From an uncultured Acidimicrobiales bacterium (lineage in GTDB: Bacteria > Actinomycetota > Acidimicrobiia > Acidimicrobiales > Bin134): a stretch of DNA of 64,000 nucleotides. Below the pieces are notes generated by a model. That model saw only the letters and a list, made by a program, of their open reading frames with translations, was not told the DNA's origin and searched no databases. The stretch lies in contig OX638344.1 of NCBI GenBank assembly GCA_951813555.1, positions 1,823,076 to 1,887,075 of the forward strand, read 5' to 3'. Made by a program: the position numbers and the translations under genes. Every line of letters starts with the position of its first letter. The first letter of the stretch is position 1. Of this stretch, positions 59,597 to 64,000 are shown piece by piece.

Positions 59597-60535
59597 ATGG
59601 GACTGAGTGACCGCACGCCGCCAACCGCTGAAGAGTACGCCGCCTACCGGGAGCGGTTCTGCAACTGGGGCCGATGGGGGGACGACGACGAGTTGGGTAC
59701 CCTCAACCACATCACCCCCGAGGCCCGTCGGGCCGCGGCCGCCCTGGTGCAAACCGGGGAGGCGGTGTCGATGAGCCGGCCCATCGACACCCACGCCGGC
59801 CCGGCCAACCCCTATCCGGCCCATCACTTCGTGGGCGCCGGGGACTCCGGGGCGATGGCCGACTACTTCGGGATGTTCATCCACGGCTTCGTGCAGACCC
59901 ACATCGACGCCCTTTGCCACCTGCCGGTGGACGGTGGGGGCAAGTTCTGGAACGGCAAGGAGTTCGCCAAGCCCCCCATGCCCGCCGAGCACACCGGCAC
60001 CATCGACTATTGGCGCGATGGCATCGTCACCCGGGGAGTGCTCTACGACGTCCCCCGGTTCCGGGGCACCGACTATGTGGCACCCGGTGAGCCGGTCCAC
60101 GGCTGGGAGCTGGCCGATGTGGCCGCGGCGCAGGGAATCGAGCCCCGGCCCGGCGATGCGGTGTGCATCCGCAGCGGCATGGACGTGTACTTCGAGAAGA
60201 CCGGCACCTCCCAGGGAATGGGGTCAAACGCCGGGGTGCACGCTTCGGCCATCGAGTTCCTCTACGAGACCGACGCCTCCTGTTTGACCTGGGACTTCCA
60301 GGACGCACCCCAAGACGACCAGGGCATACCCAATCCGCTGCCCATCCGCATCGCGCTGCACGTCCACCACATTTTGTTGCCGTACATGGGCATGCCCATT
60401 ATCGACAACGCCGATTTCGAGGCGGCGGCTGCCCGCTGCGCCGAGTTGGGCCGGTGGGAATTCCAGTACGTATGCGCTCCGCTGGTGTTACGCTACGGCA
60501 CCGGTTCGCCGGTGAATCCCCTGGCAATTTTGTAG
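59597..60535 (+). CDS. Cyclase family protein (kynurenine-formamidase-like fold)
   Basis: Track ORF 58991..60535 trimmed to ATG 59597. NWGRWGDDDELGTLNHITPE at the N-terminus and the metal motif HGFVQTHIDALCH. Confidence 0.75.
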   Translation: MGLSDRTPPTAEEYAAYRERFCNWGRWGDDDELGTLNHITPEARRAAAALVQTGEAVSMSRPIDTHAGPANPYPAHHFVGAGDSGAMADYFGMFIHGFVQTHIDALCHLPVDGGGKFWNGKEFAKPPMPAEHTGTIDYWRDGIVTRGVLYDVPRFRGTDYVAPGEPVHGWELADVAAAQGIEPRPGDAVCIRSGMDVYFEKTGTSQGMGSNAGVHASAIEFLYETDASCLTWDFQDAPQDDQGIPNPLPIRIALHVHHILLPYMGMPIIDNADFEAAAARCAELGRWEFQYVCAPLVLRYGTGSPVNPLAIL

Positions 60536-60624
60536 CGCAAGACCTTCTTCATCACCCACTGCGAGGTCAGGGCTTCGGTATATCCGCAGACAACCTTGTA
60601 GCACTGGAGCGCTTATGAGGTGTG

Positions 60625-63066
60625 ATGGCTGATCTCGGCGATCGGGCCCAGGTGGTGATCGTCGGTGGTGGGATCGTCGGCTGTTCTATCGCGTACCACC
60701 TCACCCGCCGCGGGGTGACCGACGTGCTGCTCATCGAGCAGGGGCAACTCACCAGCGGCACCACCTGGCACGCCGCCGGACTGGTCAGCCAGCTCAAGTC
60801 CAGCCACAGCCTCACCCGTCTGGCCACCTACTCGGCCCAGCTGTTCGAAGAGCTCGAAGCCGAAACCGGCCAGGCCACCGGCTACCGGGCGCCTGGGTCT
60901 ATCTCGGTGGCCGCCGACAACGAGCGGTGGGAGGAGCTGCTGCGAGGCATGTCGATGGCCCGCACTGTGGGGGTGGACATCCGCGAGATCGAGCTCGACG
61001 AGGCTCTCGAGCTGTGCCCGCTGCTCAACATCGACGACCTGGTGGGCGCGCTGTTCATTCCCCGAGACGGGATCACCTCGCCGGTGGACACCACTATGGC
61101 TTTGGCCAAGGGGGCGCGGGCCCGGGGTGCCCGGATCGTGCAGGGCACCGCGGTCACCGGCGTGGTCGTGGAGGATGGCCGGGCGGTGGGGGTGGACACC
61201 GAGGCCGGTCGGGTGGAGGCCGAGACCGTGGTGCTGGCCGCGGGCATCTGGACCCGCCAGCTTGCTGCCACCGCGGGGGTGAGCGTGCCGGTGCAGGCCT
61301 GCGAGCACTTCTACATCGTCACCGAGCCCATCGAGGGCGTGCAGCCCAACATGCCCACGGTGCGCGACCCGTCCAACTACACCTACTTCAAGGAAGAGAC
61401 CGGCAAGGTCATGGCCGGCTTCTTCGAGCCTCGGGGCAAGGTCTGGAACCTCGACGGCATTCCCCGAGACCTCCAGTTCAAGACCCTGCCCGAAGACTGG
61501 GACCATGTCGGGCCGATCTTCGAGCGGGCCATACACCGCATGCCGGTGCTGGGGGAGGCGGGCTTACAGTTGTTCTTCAACGGCCCCGAGGCCTTCACTC
61601 CCGACGGGGTGTACTACCTGGGCGAGTCGCCCGAGGTGGACGGCTGCTTTGTGGCCGCCGGATTCAACTCGGTGGGCATCCAGTCGGCGGGCGGGGTGGG
61701 CTGGGCGTTGGCCGACTGGATCGTCGACGACCACCCGCCCATGGACCTCTCGGCGGTGGACATCCGTCGCTCGTTCGGATTCCAGTGCGAGCCCGCCTAC
61801 CTCGACGCCCGCATTCCAGAGAGCCTGGGACTGCTGTACGCCATGCACTGGCCGTTCCGCCAGTACGACACCGCCCGGGGCATCCGGATGTCGCCCCTGC
61901 ACGACCGCATCGACGCCGCCGGTGCGGTGTTCGGCGAGGTCGGGGGGTGGGAGCGGCCCAACTGGTTCGCCGAGTCTGGTCAAGAACGGGAGTACCACTA
62001 CAGCTGGGGACCGCAGAACTGGTTCAAGGCCAGCGGGGTCGAGTGCGAGGCGGTCCGCAACGCGGTGGGCCTGTTCGACCAGACCTCGTTCGCCAAGTTC
62101 ACCGTGGAGGGCCCCGACGCCATGGCCCTGCTCAACTGGATCAGCGGCAACGAGGTGGACGTAGCCGTCGGCCAGTCGGTGTATTCCCAGTGGCTCAACG
62201 ACCACGGCGGCATCGAGGCCGACCTCACCATGACCCGCCGGGGCGAGAACTCCTATTGGGTGGTCACCTCCGCGGGCACTGCTACCCGCGACTGGGCCTT
62301 GCTCAGGCGAGCCGCCCGGGGTCGCGACGTGGCCATCAGCGACGTCACTGACGATTACGCGGTGCTCGGGCTCATGGGGCCGAACTCCCGGGCGGTGCTT
62401 AGCCAGATCTGCGACGCCGACCTCAGCAACGACGGCTTTCCGTTCGGCACCGCCCAAGACCTGTGCGCAGCCGGCGCCGATGTGCTGGCGCTGCGCATGA
62501 CCTACGTGGGCGAGCTGGGCTGGGAGCTGTATGTGCCCCGCGACCAGGCCGTCGCCCTGTACGACGCCTTGGTTGACGCGGGCACTCCCCTGGGGCTGCT
62601 CCCCGCCGGGTACCACGCTATGAACTCGCTGCGCATGGAGGCGGGCTACTGCCATTGGGGCCACGACATCACCGACGAGGACACCCCCCTGGAGGCCGGG
62701 CTGGGGTTTGCGGTGGCGTGGGACAAAGCCGGTGGTTTCCGGGGCCTAGAGGCGCTGGCCGCCCAGCGGGAGCCGCCCCGCACCAAGCGCCTCATCAAGC
62801 TCCGCCTCGAAGACCCCGAGTGGCTGCTGTATCACGATGAGCCCATCTATCGGGACGGCGAGATCGTGGGCCGCACCAGCAGCGGCATGTGGAGCTACAC
62901 CGAGGGCCGAGCGCTGGCCATGGGCTATGTGGAATGCCCCGACGGCGTGACCAAAGACTGGCTGGAGGCCGGTCAATTCGAAATCGAGCCAGCCGGCCGC
63001 CGGATTGCGGCTACGGCGTCTCTTCGTTCGTTCTACGATCCCCGCAAAGAGCGGGTTCGACTCTGA
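60625..63066 (+). CDS. Dimethylglycine/sarcosine dehydrogenase-like FAD oxidoreductase fused to GcvT-type aminomethyltransferase domain
   Basis: VVIVGGGIVGCSIAYHL dinucleotide fold and SGTTWHAAGL. The C-terminal half carries GcvT-like FAKFTVEGPDA...MTYVGELGWELYVP. The start is ATG 60625 or GTG 60622. Confidence 0.85.
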   Translation: MADLGDRAQVVIVGGGIVGCSIAYHLTRRGVTDVLLIEQGQLTSGTTWHAAGLVSQLKSSHSLTRLATYSAQLFEELEAETGQATGYRAPGSISVAADNERWEELLRGMSMARTVGVDIREIELDEALELCPLLNIDDLVGALFIPRDGITSPVDTTMALAKGARARGARIVQGTAVTGVVVEDGRAVGVDTEAGRVEAETVVLAAGIWTRQLAATAGVSVPVQACEHFYIVTEPIEGVQPNMPTVRDPSNYTYFKEETGKVMAGFFEPRGKVWNLDGIPRDLQFKTLPEDWDHVGPIFERAIHRMPVLGEAGLQLFFNGPEAFTPDGVYYLGESPEVDGCFVAAGFNSVGIQSAGGVGWALADWIVDDHPPMDLSAVDIRRSFGFQCEPAYLDARIPESLGLLYAMHWPFRQYDTARGIRMSPLHDRIDAAGAVFGEVGGWERPNWFAESGQEREYHYSWGPQNWFKASGVECEAVRNAVGLFDQTSFAKFTVEGPDAMALLNWISGNEVDVAVGQSVYSQWLNDHGGIEADLTMTRRGENSYWVVTSAGTATRDWALLRRAARGRDVAISDVTDDYAVLGLMGPNSRAVLSQICDADLSNDGFPFGTAQDLCAAGADVLALRMTYVGELGWELYVPRDQAVALYDALVDAGTPLGLLPAGYHAMNSLRMEAGYCHWGHDITDEDTPLEAGLGFAVAWDKAGGFRGLEALAAQREPPRTKRLIKLRLEDPEWLLYHDEPIYRDGEIVGRTSSGMWSYTEGRALAMGYVECPDGVTKDWLEAGQFEIEPAGRRIAATASLRSFYDPRKERVRL

Positions 63067-63087
63067 GACTCAAGGAGCGGCCAGCCA

Positions 63088-64000
63088 ATGCGCAATGAAG
63101 CCCAGGTTGTGATCATCGGCGGCGGGGCTATGGGCGCGGGCCTGTTCTACCACTTGGCGCATGAGGGCTGGACCGACACGGTGCTGGTGGAGAAGGGCGA
63201 ACTGTCGTCGGGGTCCACCTGGCACGCCGCCGGCCTCATTCCCCACTTCATCGGCAGCCTGAACATGGCCAAGTGCCATGCGGTGGCCCCCGACCTCTAC
63301 GCCCGCATCGAAGAAGAGACCGGGTTGGCCAGCGGCTGGCACGGCACCGGCGCCATCCGCCTGGCGCTCGACCGTCACCAAGTGGACTGGTTCCGCTACG
63401 TCAGCGGGATGCTCGACCTAGTCGGGATCGAAAACCACCTCATCGAGCCCTCCGAGATCCTCGACCACTGGCCGTTCATGGACGTGTCCGACGTGCTGAT
63501 GGGCATATGGACCCCTCATGACGGCTGGACCGACCCGTCCAGCGTCACCGCGGCCATGGTCAAAGGCGCCCGGCAGTTAGGCGGCGAGGTCTACCGCCAC
63601 ACGCTGGTCACCGATATGAACAAGCTTCCCGACCACCGCTGGGAGGTGGTCTGCGAAGTCAAGGGCGAGACCCACCGCATTGTGGCCGAGCACGTGGTGA
63701 ACGCGGCGGGGTGCTACGCCCCCCAGCTCGGCGCCATGGTGGGCCTGGACGTGCCCATCGTGTCGGTGATCCACCAGTACCTCATCACCGAGGCCATGGC
63801 CGAGATGAAGGAGCTGGGCGACTTCGACCCGCCGGTGATCCGCGACCCCCGAGCATCGGCCTACTACCGCCGGGAGATCGACTCGCTGCTGGTCGGCCCC
63901 TATGAGCGGGAAAACGCCCAGACTTATGGGCTCGAGGGCATCGACTGGGACAAGCACTTCTATTTGACCCCGCCCGACCTCGACCAGCTCATGCCGTGGC
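63088..64000 (+). CDS. Second DMGDH/sarcosine-dehydrogenase-like FAD oxidoreductase (3' end outside window)
   Basis: Not in the track because there is no stop in the window. My own translation from ATG 63088 (aaggag SD at 63072-63077) gives MRNEAQVVIIGGGAMGAGLFYHL...SGSTWHAAGL... and stays open to nt 64000. Confidence 0.8.
   Translation, partial: MRNEAQVVIIGGGAMGAGLFYHLAHEGWTDTVLVEKGELSSGSTWHAAGLIPHFIGSLNMAKCHAVAPDLYARIEEETGLASGWHGTGAIRLALDRHQVDWFRYVSGMLDLVGIENHLIEPSEILDHWPFMDVSDVLMGIWTPHDGWTDPSSVTAAMVKGARQLGGEVYRHTLVTDMNKLPDHRWEVVCEVKGETHRIVAEHVVNAAGCYAPQLGAMVGLDVPIVSVIHQYLITEAMAEMKELGDFDPPVIRDPRASAYYRREIDSLLVGPYERENAQTYGLEGIDWDKHFYLTPPDLDQLMPW

Noticed and set aside
60536-60624. Possible glycine/THF-type riboswitch upstream of the DMGDH-like gene
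   Set aside because: I could not see the conserved cores I remember for these riboswitches, and 89 nt is short for a tandem glycine aptamer. A covariance-model scan would be needed to confirm or exclude it.

Overview
This is a high-GC, almost fully coding chromosomal segment with the look of an actinobacterial (Actinomycetota) genome. The pointers are leaderless-looking genes, F420/LLM oxidoreductases, a group II truncated haemoglobin and many 4-nt ATGA/GTGA gene overlaps. I call about 58 protein genes. I saw no rRNA, tRNA or CRISPR. All family names come from motifs read in the supplied translations and from memory. No database search or program was run. Most track ORFs are antisense or alternative-frame artefacts of the high GC, and several real genes needed their starts trimmed.

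Core content is catabolic and redox enzymology:
- three amidohydrolase_2 paralogs
- four luciferase-like monooxygenases
- two cytochrome P450s
- two orphan form-II CoxL-like molybdoenzyme large subunits
- two crotonases and a double-domain family III CoA-transferase
- two SDRs, and TauD and PhyH-like dioxygenases
- two dimethylglycine/sarcosine-dehydrogenase-like flavoenzymes
- housekeeping-type genes rmuC, sixA-like and glbO

Most second-look-worthy items:
1. Two type II toxin-antitoxin cassettes, mazEF-like and vapBC. Each has an AT-rich, apparently leaderless promoter and each is bracketed by short direct repeats that look like target duplications. The vapBC repeat duplicates the stop-codon region of the neighbouring gene.
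2. A ~1.6-kb AT-rich islet at 22.2-23.8 kb, bracketed by an imperfect direct repeat. It holds a 36-nt repeat pair and two ORFs that a single-base change in a C7 tract would fuse into one membrane-anchored protein.
3. A LIV-type ABC importer with unusual fusions: a 12-TM MFS domain fused to LivF, and LivH-LivM-LivG in one 940-aa chain.
4. A TetR divergon with a perfect 16-bp-arm palindrome covering both putative -10 boxes. It controls uncharacterised GHL6-like and PhyH-like genes.
5. An XRE-HTH plus minimal-nucleotidyltransferase pair with its own operator-like palindrome.

I cannot show that any of these is undescribed. The checks are listed with each finding.
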